Source: Acidobacteriota bacterium
GTDB lineage: Bacteria; Acidobacteriota; Thermoanaerobaculia; Multivoradales; Multivoraceae
DNA: 64,000 nucleotides
Direction of reading: 5' to 3'
Assembly (NCBI GenBank): GCA_036337765.1
Contig: JAYZDP010000152.1
Coordinates: forward strand, 17-64,016
Shown here: piece after piece, positions 39,753 through 48,886 of the stretch
How positions within the stretch are numbered: position 1 is the stretch's first letter
Layout: every line of letters starts with the position of its first letter
Program-made: the position numbers and the translations under genes
The notes under the pieces: model-generated
The model's database searches: none
Told to the model about the DNA's origin: nothing
The model's input: only the letters and a program-made list of their open reading frames with translations

Positions 39753-40652
39753 ATGCAGCGAACAAACCCGACCCCCACGCGCGTCCTTCTCGTCGCCCTC
39801 ACAAGCCTTGCCCTGGTCCCGACTCTCGCGAGCGCGGAGCTGAGATCGAGCGCTGCCGACGGGTTCCTCGTCGAGCACACCTTCGAGATCCCCGCCCCGC
39901 CCGACGCCGCCTGGAGGGCGCTCACCCAGCCCGAGAGCTACTGGCCCGCCGATCACACCTGGTCAGGTAGCGCCGAGAACCTGAGCCTCGACGCCAAGGC
40001 CGGGGGGTGCTTCTGCGAGTTGTGGGACGGCGGCAGTGCCGAGCACGGCAGGGTGCTCATGGCGCAGCCCGGCAAGCTCCTCCGCATCCGTGGATCGCTA
40101 GGACCGCTGCAGGAGATGGCGGTCGCTGGCGTTCTCGGCATCGCCCTCGAAGAAACCGAGACCGGCACGACCGCGGTCGTGACCTATCGCGTGAGCGGCG
40201 ACTCGACCCACGACCTCACCGGCATCGCCCCCGTGGTCGACGAGGTGATCGGCCAGCAGCTCGGCGGCTTCGCCGCGCTCGCTGCGAGCGGTGGCAGCGG
40301 CCCCTCATCCGTGCTGGGCGGCGTCTACACCGAGCTACAGGCAGCGCGCGGCTTCCGGGCCTATCGCGGTGTGTGCCAGGAGTGTCACAAGTCGGACCTC
40401 GGCGGCGAGGACATGGCCCCCGGGTTGGTCGGCGTCGCGTTCTCCTTCCGCTGGCGCAACAAGACCCTCGCCGACATCTTCACCAGCTTGAAGACCACCA
40501 TGCCGCTCGAACGGGCCGGCAGCCTGACCGATCAGGCCTACGTCGACCTGGTGGCCTTCCTGCTGTCGAAGAACGACTACCCAACGGGCGATGACGAGTT
40601 GGCTCCCGACGAGGCCCTCCTCGCCGGCATCAAGGTCGAGTCGCAGCCCTAG
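39753..40652 (+). CDS. SRPBCC-like (AHSA1/Bet v1 fold) domain fused to a class I c-type cytochrome
   Basis: Signal peptide. N-terminal ~150 aa Bet v1-like. C-terminal CQECH heme motif with distal Met (TTMPLE). Starts 15 bp after the DUF3604 stop. Confidence 0.6.
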   Translation: MQRTNPTPTRVLLVALTSLALVPTLASAELRSSAADGFLVEHTFEIPAPPDAAWRALTQPESYWPADHTWSGSAENLSLDAKAGGCFCELWDGGSAEHGRVLMAQPGKLLRIRGSLGPLQEMAVAGVLGIALEETETGTTAVVTYRVSGDSTHDLTGIAPVVDEVIGQQLGGFAALAASGGSGPSSVLGGVYTELQAARGFRAYRGVCQECHKSDLGGEDMAPGLVGVAFSFRWRNKTLADIFTSLKTTMPLERAGSLTDQAYVDLVAFLLSKNDYPTGDDELAPDEALLAGIKVESQP

Positions 40653-42412
40653 TCGTACGCCAATGCGAAAACGAAGAGGTTGTTGCCGAAGGCGGGCTTC
40701 ACTTCGGGGGTGAGCCGAAGGAAGCTCGAAGTGGTCGCCGATCGACCGGTGGAGACGGCGACGAACTGGCGGCCGTCGACCGCGTAGGTGATCGGGTAGC
40801 CCGTGACCGGTGAGCCGAGGTTGACCTCCCACAGCACTTCGCCCGTCATCTGGTGAATCGCCTTGAAGCGGCCACCGGTATCGCCGCCGAAGAGCAGGCC
40901 ACCACCCGTCGCGACCAGTGAGGTCGTCGAGGTGCGCTGCTCGTAGAGCCACTCGGTGGCTCCGGTCTCGACCGAGATCGCGTAGATCGTTCCCAGGTTC
41001 TCCTTGCCCGGCGCGAGCTCGTGCATGACCGAGAGCGCGTAGTACGGGTGCGACGCACTCGCGTCGTCCGACACGAGGGTGGGCATGCACATGTTGCGCA
41101 ACGGGAAGTACATAGTGTGGGTCAGCGGACTGTAGGCGCCGGCCTCCCAGTCCTTGCCACCGTGCATGTTCGGGCAAATCAGCCGTTCCTGGCCCATCTC
41201 GCGAAACACCACCTCCGGATTCTCGATCACGTCGCCGGTCTTCACGTCGATGTCGATGATCACGTTCTGGGGCACAGTGGGTTTCGCCCACAGAAACTCT
41301 CCCGTCTCGCGGTCGAGCGTGTAGACCAGACCGGTCTTGCCGGGGATGCCGGTCAAGACCTTTCGGGTCTCGCCCGGTGTCACTGCGGGGTTGATCCACT
41401 CGACCTCATCCGCGGCCGGGGCGACGGCCGTGTCGACCAGCATGCGCTCGAAGGGGTGGTCGAGGTCCCAGTGGTCGTTCAGGTGCTGGTAGTACCAGAC
41501 GATCTCACCGGTGTCCCCATCCAGCGCGAGGGTAGAGTTGTGGTAAAGGTGCGCGTTTTCCGCTCCACCGAGCAGAAACTTCGGCGCTGGCGCCGTAACG
41601 GAGGTGCCGACGTAGACCAGGTTGAGCTCCGGGTCATAGCTCGGCGGCATCCAGCTGCCGACGTGCTTGCGCTCCTCGAACGGCACCCCGCCCCAGGTCT
41701 CGTCTCCCGGCTCGCCAGGACCTGGAATCAGGCGCCGGCGCCAGACCTCGGCGCCGGTCTTCGCGTCGTGGGCGACGATGACGCAGGACTCGGGTCCGCC
41801 GCGCGGCGAGCAGCTACGCCCGGAGACGGCCTTGCCGTTGGCGATGATCGGGCCGGCGCCCTGGAGCGCGGGTTGGGTCTTGTAGTCGAGGACCATAGTC
41901 TCCCAGGCCATCTTCCCCGTCACGGCGTCGATGGCAAAGACGTGATCGTCGACCGAGGTGTCGATGATCAGGCTGCCCCAGATCGCGATATTCCGGTTGT
42001 TCTGCGACAGGAAGCCCATCTCCGCGTCTTCGGGTATCGCCCGCCTGTGCTCCCAGATGAGGTCGCCCGTCGCCCCGTCGAGCGCCTGGATGACGTCGTT
42101 GGGATTCGGCATGTACATCACACCACCATAGGCGAGCGGCGTGCCGGTCTGGCTACCCTCGTCGAGCGCGCGAGTCCAAACCATCCGCAGCTCGCCGACG
42201 TTTCGCGGCGTGATCTGATCGAGCGGGCTGTAGCCCCAGCCGTCAACCGTTCTGCGCCAGCTCAGCCAGTCGCCGTCGGCGGGATCGGCGAGCATCGCGT
42301 CGGTCACAGGCACGAAGTCACGGTCGGCTTCGGCGCGCGCCGCCGAGACGTTCAGCGCGAGCAGGAACACCACGACAAGAGTCGCGACCGCACAGGGGGT
42401 TCGTCGAGACAT
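40649..42412 (-). CDS. PQQ-dependent dehydrogenase, beta-propeller quinoprotein, secreted
   Basis: Signal peptide. GDWLSWRRTVDGWGYSPL start. 587 aa. Paralog of the other PQQ dehydrogenases. Confidence 0.85.
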   Translation of the reverse strand: MSRRTPCAVATLVVVFLLALNVSAARAEADRDFVPVTDAMLADPADGDWLSWRRTVDGWGYSPLDQITPRNVGELRMVWTRALDEGSQTGTPLAYGGVMYMPNPNDVIQALDGATGDLIWEHRRAIPEDAEMGFLSQNNRNIAIWGSLIIDTSVDDHVFAIDAVTGKMAWETMVLDYKTQPALQGAGPIIANGKAVSGRSCSPRGGPESCVIVAHDAKTGAEVWRRRLIPGPGEPGDETWGGVPFEERKHVGSWMPPSYDPELNLVYVGTSVTAPAPKFLLGGAENAHLYHNSTLALDGDTGEIVWYYQHLNDHWDLDHPFERMLVDTAVAPAADEVEWINPAVTPGETRKVLTGIPGKTGLVYTLDRETGEFLWAKPTVPQNVIIDIDVKTGDVIENPEVVFREMGQERLICPNMHGGKDWEAGAYSPLTHTMYFPLRNMCMPTLVSDDASASHPYYALSVMHELAPGKENLGTIYAISVETGATEWLYEQRTSTTSLVATGGGLLFGGDTGGRFKAIHQMTGEVLWEVNLGSPVTGYPITYAVDGRQFVAVSTGRSATTSSFLRLTPEVKPAFGNNLFVFALAYD

Positions 42413-42479
42413 CTGAAACTCCCTGGCCCGGGAACGGGCCTTCTCGGATGAAGAGGGGGCGCGAGTATAGAGGAGGTCG

Positions 42480-44573
42480 CTACCGTTGCTGCGCGGATCG
42501 GAAGAGTCGTGGGCTCAGGGCATCGCCCGCGGCCACCAGCATTTCCACCTCGTTGGGGCCCGCGACCAGCGCCTTCTGGGCGACCAAGGCCGAGAAGCGC
42601 GCCTCGCCTGAGGCCGTAAGACGCCCATGGGCGAAGCCGGCCACCCGGCCGTTGACCGCGGCCACGAGATGCACCTCAGCGCCACCGGCTCCCGGCACCT
42701 TCACCGTCCCGGTGAGCTCTGCGGGAACATAGGTCCAGGCCGGATCGTAGGCCTCGAGCACGCGGCTCTGGTCCACCTGCCAGACGAGGCCGGGGGACTC
42801 TTCGAGGTTCAGCTCGTCGAGTCTCCGGCCTAGCAGAGAGCGATAGGGGCCGATGCCGATGAGCGACGCGACGCCGTCGCTCCAGTCGAAGAGCGACAGC
42901 CTACGCTCCACGGACGCGAGATCCGGATCGAATGCACCCGTGAAGGTGAGCACGCCTCCGAATCGGTCGCGAAGGGACTTGCGCTCAGGGAGCTGTGTCG
43001 CGGCGGAGCGGAGGCTGAGGCCGTCGAGGGCATACTCGCCCTGCGCCCCCACAACGTCGAGAATCGTCGGCAGCACGTCGACGGTGCGGGCGTTGCGGTC
43101 GTCGATCTCTCCCGCCTGCTGCGACGGATACTTGACGAACAGCGGTACGCGTAGGACGTCCTCGGGATGAGGCATCGAGCCCGGCAGCCGGCGGGAGCCC
43201 TGAGGCCAGTGACTGGAGCCGTGATCGCCGACTACGATCAGCAAGGCGCGATCCCACAGGTCGGCCTCCTTCAGCCGATCGACGAGCTCACCGATCAGCC
43301 GGTCGGCGAACGCGACCTGCAGCAGGTGCCGCTGATACGTCAGTAGGTTGAACCACGGATACTGAGCCCACAGCTCGCGTGGGTCGCCGCTGAGGAACGG
43401 CTCTCCCTTGTACACCTTCCCCGTTGGAAGGTAGTAGTACGGCGTGTGCGGCAGCAAGGAATGGAAGAAGTAGAGGCCCGGCTCCTCGGTGGGCTCGATC
43501 GCATCCAGGAACATACGGAAACGCTCCGCCCGCCGACGCTCATCCGCGGGAAGCGCACCCTGGTGCTGCGTCGGTAGCCGTAAGGAGTCATCGTCGGCAC
43601 CCAGGCGAAGTCGCCAGAAGTTGCCCCAGGCACCCTCGATCGACGGCAGTCGGTAGCGCCAGGCCTCGGGTGTGGCGGTGTGCAGCAGGACCACTCCCAT
43701 GTCCGCCATGAGTTGGGCGAGCCGGCGCGGTCTCGCCTCCTTCTCCGGCTGGAAGTCGCGGTTCGGAGGCGCGAGGCGCGACAGGGTCTCGATGACCCGC
43801 AGCTCGTGGCTTCCGGCCAAGAGACTGAAGAGGTTCTCTCGGTAGTTCGAGAGGATCGGAGCGACACCCAGGCTCGCGACCTTGCCGGAAAGGATCGAGC
43901 TCAGAGATTCCTCCGTACGCGCCCACACGGTGGTGCCATTGCGGTACCAGGTGGCACGCTCCGCCAGCTCCGCGAAGTTCGGGAAGGCCCTGGCATCGAT
44001 CTCGAGTCGCTCGTCCAGAAGTGACGTCAGGGGGAACTCGTCGAATACCAGCAACACGACGGGAAAAAGGTCGGCGATCTGTGCCGCTTCCACCTCGATG
44101 GACCCGGCTGCGAAGAAGCCACGCACCTCCAAGCGCGCGAAGAAGGCGGCAACGATCACGACCAGACCGTAGGCGAGGTAGCGCAGGTACAGACGCGTCG
44201 TCTCTCGGGTCGTCAGCCATGTCAGGAGCGGGATCGCAGCCCCGCCGAGCGCCACACAGAGCGCGGCCGGGAGGGCCGTCCGAACGAGGATCTCGAGAAC
44301 GAACAAACCTCCTAGCAGGCCAACAACCGCCGCATCGGCAATGATCGCGGACGACTCACTGAGGGCGAGGTGGACTACGCCATGCACCAACGCCAGCGCG
44401 ATCATCCCGCCGCCCGTCACGAGCACGACCACCAGGATGGCGTCGAGCCCGTCGGCACCCTGGTAGAGCAGGAACGGAATGTTCCCGGCTATGAGGTCGA
44501 ACAGGGGCTGGAGCACCGCCAGTCCGAAGACGGCCCAGGAAGGCGCAGACGCTCTCATCAGCTCTCGCACCAT
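42480..44573 (-). CDS. Membrane-anchored alkaline-phosphatase-superfamily protein (LTA-synthase/sulfatase-like)
   Basis: About six N-terminal TM helices followed by a sulfatase-like catalytic domain. Confidence 0.65.
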   Translation of the reverse strand: MVRELMRASAPSWAVFGLAVLQPLFDLIAGNIPFLLYQGADGLDAILVVVLVTGGGMIALALVHGVVHLALSESSAIIADAAVVGLLGGLFVLEILVRTALPAALCVALGGAAIPLLTWLTTRETTRLYLRYLAYGLVVIVAAFFARLEVRGFFAAGSIEVEAAQIADLFPVVLLVFDEFPLTSLLDERLEIDARAFPNFAELAERATWYRNGTTVWARTEESLSSILSGKVASLGVAPILSNYRENLFSLLAGSHELRVIETLSRLAPPNRDFQPEKEARPRRLAQLMADMGVVLLHTATPEAWRYRLPSIEGAWGNFWRLRLGADDDSLRLPTQHQGALPADERRRAERFRMFLDAIEPTEEPGLYFFHSLLPHTPYYYLPTGKVYKGEPFLSGDPRELWAQYPWFNLLTYQRHLLQVAFADRLIGELVDRLKEADLWDRALLIVVGDHGSSHWPQGSRRLPGSMPHPEDVLRVPLFVKYPSQQAGEIDDRNARTVDVLPTILDVVGAQGEYALDGLSLRSAATQLPERKSLRDRFGGVLTFTGAFDPDLASVERRLSLFDWSDGVASLIGIGPYRSLLGRRLDELNLEESPGLVWQVDQSRVLEAYDPAWTYVPAELTGTVKVPGAGGAEVHLVAAVNGRVAGFAHGRLTASGEARFSALVAQKALVAGPNEVEMLVAAGDALSPRLFRSAQQR

Positions 44574-44668
44574 CGAAGTGTGCTATTTAACGCTCCTCAG
44601 TGACAAGCGGGGCGCCGGCAGACGAGTTTGGGCCTCGAACAAAGACAAACACATCGTTGGAGACGCAG

Positions 44669-45937
44669 ATGTCTGACCAGAACCCCGAACTGTTCAACCT
44701 CGGCATGTCCGAAGAGGCGCAGCCACTGATGACCGCGGTGAAAAAGCACATCCGCGACAACGTCGAGCCGATCACCGAAGAGTTCTTCGCCCTTCAGGAG
44801 GGAAAGGAGGACCGCTGGACCTGGCATCCACGGCAGCTCGAGCTGCTCGAAGGAGCCAAGGACAAGGCCAAGGAGTCGGGGCTATGGAACTTCTTCCTGC
44901 CAGGCGCATCGGAGATCGGCAAGGGCCTGACCAACCTCGACTACGCCTACATCGCCGTCGAGCTCGGCAAATTCGGCCTGGCGTCAGAGACTCTCAACTG
45001 TTCGGCGCCCGACACCGGCAACATGGAAGTGCTCGAGCGCGTCGGGACGCCCGAGCAGCAGGAACAGTGGCTCAAGCCGCTGCTGAACGGGGAGATCCGC
45101 TCCGCATACGCCATGACCGAGCCGCACATGGCGTCGTCGGATGCGAAGAACATCTCGTGCAGCGCTGTTCTCGACGGCGACGAGTGGGTCATCAACGGCG
45201 AGAAGTACTACATCTCCGGCGCCGGCGACCCGCGCTGCAAGATCATGATCACGATGGTCAAGACCAGCCCCGACGCCCACCCCAGCCGCCAGCAGTCGCA
45301 GATCCTGGTGCCGAAGGACACGCCTGGTGTCGAGCTTCTCGAGGGCATGCAGGTATTCGGCAAGGACCACGCGCCGCGCGGCCACATGCACATCAAGTTC
45401 GACAACGTCCGCGTGCCGAAGGACAACATCCTGCTAGGCGAAGGCCGCGGCTTCGAGATCTCACAGGTGCGCCTCGGCCCCGGCCGCATCCACCACTGCA
45501 TGCGCTCGATCGGCAAGGCCGAGAAGGCACTGGAGCTGATGGTCAAGCGCGCCTCGACACGCCACGCCTTCGGCAAGCAGATCGTGCGACTCGGCAAGAA
45601 CCTCGAGGTCATCGCTCGCGCGCGCATCGAGATCACCGGCATGCGCCTGGCGGTGCTTCAGGCCGCCAAGGCGATGGACGTGCTTGGCAACCAGGAGGCC
45701 AGGGTCTACGTCAGCGCCGTCAAGGCGATGGTGCCGGAGAAGGTCTGCCAGATCATCGACGCCTCGATCCAGATGCACGGCGCCACCGGCATCTCGCAGT
45801 GGTCACCACTTGCAGACCTTTACACCGACATGCGGCACTTGCGTTTCGCCGACGGCCCCGACGAGGTCCATCACATGGTGGTGGGTCGCGCCGAGGTGCA
45901 AAAGCACGGCCTGTGGAACGTGGAGGTCCCCGGCTAG
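44669..45937 (+). CDS. Acyl-CoA dehydrogenase (ACAD10/11-like subgroup)
   Basis: GGAG RBS. ACAD fold motifs (YAMTEPHMASSD, CMRSIGKAEKALE). Confidence 0.85.
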   Translation: MSDQNPELFNLGMSEEAQPLMTAVKKHIRDNVEPITEEFFALQEGKEDRWTWHPRQLELLEGAKDKAKESGLWNFFLPGASEIGKGLTNLDYAYIAVELGKFGLASETLNCSAPDTGNMEVLERVGTPEQQEQWLKPLLNGEIRSAYAMTEPHMASSDAKNISCSAVLDGDEWVINGEKYYISGAGDPRCKIMITMVKTSPDAHPSRQQSQILVPKDTPGVELLEGMQVFGKDHAPRGHMHIKFDNVRVPKDNILLGEGRGFEISQVRLGPGRIHHCMRSIGKAEKALELMVKRASTRHAFGKQIVRLGKNLEVIARARIEITGMRLAVLQAAKAMDVLGNQEARVYVSAVKAMVPEKVCQIIDASIQMHGATGISQWSPLADLYTDMRHLRFADGPDEVHHMVVGRAEVQKHGLWNVEVPG

Positions 45938-46028
45938 CGTAGTCACTGCTTCGGAGAAGTCGAGTTTGTTCCGCGCTCGTACCGCGCCCCCCGCTAGCGT
46001 TGCTTCCCTCCGAGGGGCGCTCGCCTTC

Positions 46029-47255
46029 GTGTCGATCGTTGCCCTTTGGGCCGCGCTTGGAGCGCGGCCGGCCGCCGCCGCGGAGATCCCCGTCGGCACA
46101 GGTCTCGCCAAGAGCAGGGAAGCCATCGGCCAGATCGAGGCAGCGCGTGACCCGGCCGCGAAGGGCGACGCCGCGTTCACCCTCACCGAGCTGATGACGG
46201 AGCACCACACTCCCGCCCTCAGCGTCGCCGTGGTGCGCGACTACCGGCTGTTGTGGGCGAAGGCCTACGGCGTCGCCGATGAGCAGGCCGGGCTCACCGC
46301 CAATGTGGAGACACTCTTTCAGGCAGCCTCTATCTCGAAGCCGGTGTCGGCGATGGCCGTCCTCAAGGCCGTCCAAGACGGCCATCTCGGCCTCGACGAG
46401 GACATCAACACCCTGTTGGAGTCGTGGAAGCTCGAGCGGTCGCAGGAGTACCTGGAGAAGACGGCGGTCACACCGCGGATGCTGCTCAGCATGACGGCGG
46501 GAACGACCGTTTCGGGGTTCCCGGGTTACCTACCTACCGATCCGATGCCGACCCTGCCTCAGATCCTCGGTGACGGCTCGGGCAATGAGACTCCGGCCAA
46601 TACTGACCCGGTCATTGTCGATTGGCAGCCCGCCACCAAGGAAGCCTACTCCGGGGGTGGCTCGACGATTCTGCAGCTGGCGATGATCGACGTGCTCGAT
46701 CGACCCTTCCCTGAGATCATCGCGAAGGGGATTCTCGAACCGCTCGGCATGGCCAACAGCTGCATCTGCCAGCCTCTACCGACGGCCCTCGACCGCAACG
46801 CCGCTCGTGCCTACGGCTCTCGAGTTCGAAAGCAGCGCGAAGAGGGAGGCCACGACGCCAAGTGGCACGTCTACCCAGAGCACTACGCCGCCGGCCTGTG
46901 GACCACGCCGACGGATCTGGCCAAGTTCATGATCGAGGTACAGCTTTCTCTAGCTGGCCGATCGGACCGCGTGCTGAGACGGGAGATGACCGAAAAGATG
47001 GTCACTCCGAGCGGGATCGGCAGCTATGCCCTCGGCTTCACCGTCGGCTCCGAGTCACCCCATCGGCCGGCCAAGCCCGGCGAGAGGAACCGTTTCTTCG
47101 GCCACACGGGAGGTAACTGGGGCTTCCGATCCAACCTCGACGCGCATCTCGAGGGGGGCAACGGCTTCATCATCATGGCCAACAGCGGCGAGTCCAACCC
47201 CATCCTGTTCGCTGAGCTGCCGCGCCGCATTCGGGCCGCCTACGGCTGGGACTGA
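46029..47255 (+). CDS. Beta-lactamase-family serine hydrolase (class C/PBP-like); the start is uncertain
   Basis: S-x-x-K motif ASISKP. Signal-like N-terminus. Only a GTG candidate start was found. Confidence 0.7.
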   Translation: MSIVALWAALGARPAAAAEIPVGTGLAKSREAIGQIEAARDPAAKGDAAFTLTELMTEHHTPALSVAVVRDYRLLWAKAYGVADEQAGLTANVETLFQAASISKPVSAMAVLKAVQDGHLGLDEDINTLLESWKLERSQEYLEKTAVTPRMLLSMTAGTTVSGFPGYLPTDPMPTLPQILGDGSGNETPANTDPVIVDWQPATKEAYSGGGSTILQLAMIDVLDRPFPEIIAKGILEPLGMANSCICQPLPTALDRNAARAYGSRVRKQREEGGHDAKWHVYPEHYAAGLWTTPTDLAKFMIEVQLSLAGRSDRVLRREMTEKMVTPSGIGSYALGFTVGSESPHRPAKPGERNRFFGHTGGNWGFRSNLDAHLEGGNGFIIMANSGESNPILFAELPRRIRAAYGWD

Positions 47256-47272
47256 TCTAGTGTCGCGTGCGG

Positions 47273-47720
47273 GCTAGAAGGTGATCGGGTCCAGTAGCTC
47301 GGCCCGGACCGACAGCTCACCACTCGCTGGTTCGACTACCTTGACCGGTAAGCCGTCGTTCTGGCGCGCCGAGATCAGGTTTCACAGATCCGCCACCGGG
47401 TAGTCATGCCCCTTGTGCGCCTTGAACTCCTCGGGCGGGTAGGTGAAACAGAGCGTTCAGGATCGCCCGGAACGGGAGCGAGCCCGCTCTCGGCACGCCC
47501 GTCGATGAGCTGGGGCACGATCGCCAGGGACTCGAACATCGTGTACTCACCTGTCCTCAGGGCCGCAACGGCGCCGAGGGGATGCAAGCCGCGGTAAGCG
47601 TCGGTGTCCTGTTCCCCTGCTAGCAGATCCACCTTCCGCTCGTGTAGTCGACCTCGAGCTCCTCGAGCACCCACCTGGCTCGCTGCGATCGGGTCGGCGG
47701 AAACTCGAATAGCTCGATCA
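47273..47720 (-). pseudogene. Glutathione S-transferase pseudogene (frameshifted and C-terminally shortened) retaining a strong RBS
   Basis: GAAGGAGG 5 nt before the ATG. MIELFEFPPTRSQRARWVLEELEVDYT, then at least two frame changes through KVDLLAGEQDTDAYRGLHPLGAVAALRTGEYTMFESLAIVPQL... and a short C-terminus. Confidence 0.5.
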
Positions 47721-47851
47721 TGCTGCCTCCTTCTGAACCAAGGACGAACGGACAGATGGCTAGGATACGCACCCACCCAAGAAACTGACGGCGGTATATT
47801 CGGCACTCGCCCGAACCAGCCCGAGTACCCATCCCGGAGGAGAGACACTCG

Positions 47852-48886
47852 ATGACTCCAGATCGACGGACGCTTCGCATCTTCAACCTGGCCCTCGTAA
47901 CGGCTCTTTGTGGCGGCTGGCTTCAGGCCGCCGAACCGATCGAGACCGACACCCACCGGCTCACCGAGGTCCGCAACGGGATCTATCTGGCGCAAACCAC
48001 GGCACAGGTCTTCAACTCGAACGCCATCGTCATCGTCAACGAGGACGACGTGGTGTTGATCGACTCGCACATCACCCCGGCCAAGGCGCGCGACCTGGTC
48101 GCGTCGATCGGAGTGCTCACGGACAAGCCGATCTCGGCGCTCATCAACTCCCACTTCCACTTCGATCACGCCCACGGCAATCAGATCTTCAACGGCATCC
48201 CGATCATCGGCCACGAGTTCACGCGCATGAAGATGGCTGGCGCGCCGCTCGAGGAGCCGACCTGGGTCAGCAGCACGGCCGGGAATCAGGCACAGCTCAA
48301 GCAGCTCGAAGAGCAGATCGCCGCCGCGCAGGGCGACGAGAAGTTCGAGCTCGAGGCCTACCTCGAGATGTTCGCGGCGCACGTCAAGGACTTCGACGAG
48401 GTAGATCCCGTCGCGCCCGACGTCACCATCCGCGAAAAGATGACCTTGCATCGGGGCAGCCGGGAAATGGAGATCCTCTTCTTGGGTCGCGCCCACACCG
48501 GCGGCGACGTCTTTGTCTACTTCCCCCAGGACAAGTTGCTCTACACCGGTGACGCGGCCTTCGCCGGCCCATCGTTTCTCGGTGACGGCTATGTCGACGA
48601 GTGGCCGGACACGCTTATGAACATGAAAGAGCTCGACTTCGACATCTTCGTGCCGGGGCACGGACCGCCGGTCGAGGACCTGAGCCGCATCGACATCGTC
48701 GCCGACTACTACCGCGACCTGTGGAAACAGACCGCCGAACAGTACGGCTCCGGAGTCAGCGCCGAGGACGCGTCGAAGACCATCGACCTGACGAGCCATA
48801 CCAAGATCCCGGTCATGGAGGTGGGTGCGAACCTCCAGGCTGTGCAGCGCATGTATCACCGGCTCGACAACCCCGACGCCCCATGA
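47852..48886 (+). CDS. MBL-fold metallo-hydrolase, secreted (paralog of 6417..7463)
   Basis: INSHFHFDHAHGN motif. Roughly 70-75% identical to the first copy. Stop overlaps the mmsA start (ATGA). Confidence 0.8.
   Translation: MTPDRRTLRIFNLALVTALCGGWLQAAEPIETDTHRLTEVRNGIYLAQTTAQVFNSNAIVIVNEDDVVLIDSHITPAKARDLVASIGVLTDKPISALINSHFHFDHAHGNQIFNGIPIIGHEFTRMKMAGAPLEEPTWVSSTAGNQAQLKQLEEQIAAAQGDEKFELEAYLEMFAAHVKDFDEVDPVAPDVTIREKMTLHRGSREMEILFLGRAHTGGDVFVYFPQDKLLYTGDAAFAGPSFLGDGYVDEWPDTLMNMKELDFDIFVPGHGPPVEDLSRIDIVADYYRDLWKQTAEQYGSGVSAEDASKTIDLTSHTKIPVMEVGANLQAVQRMYHRLDNPDAP

Noticed and set aside
46029-47255. Whether the beta-lactamase-family gene is fused to the upstream ACAD gene (track ORF 45684..47255)
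   Set aside because: The long ORF is an out-of-frame read-through of the ACAD 3' end. The real gene starts after 45937, though the exact start codon remains uncertain.
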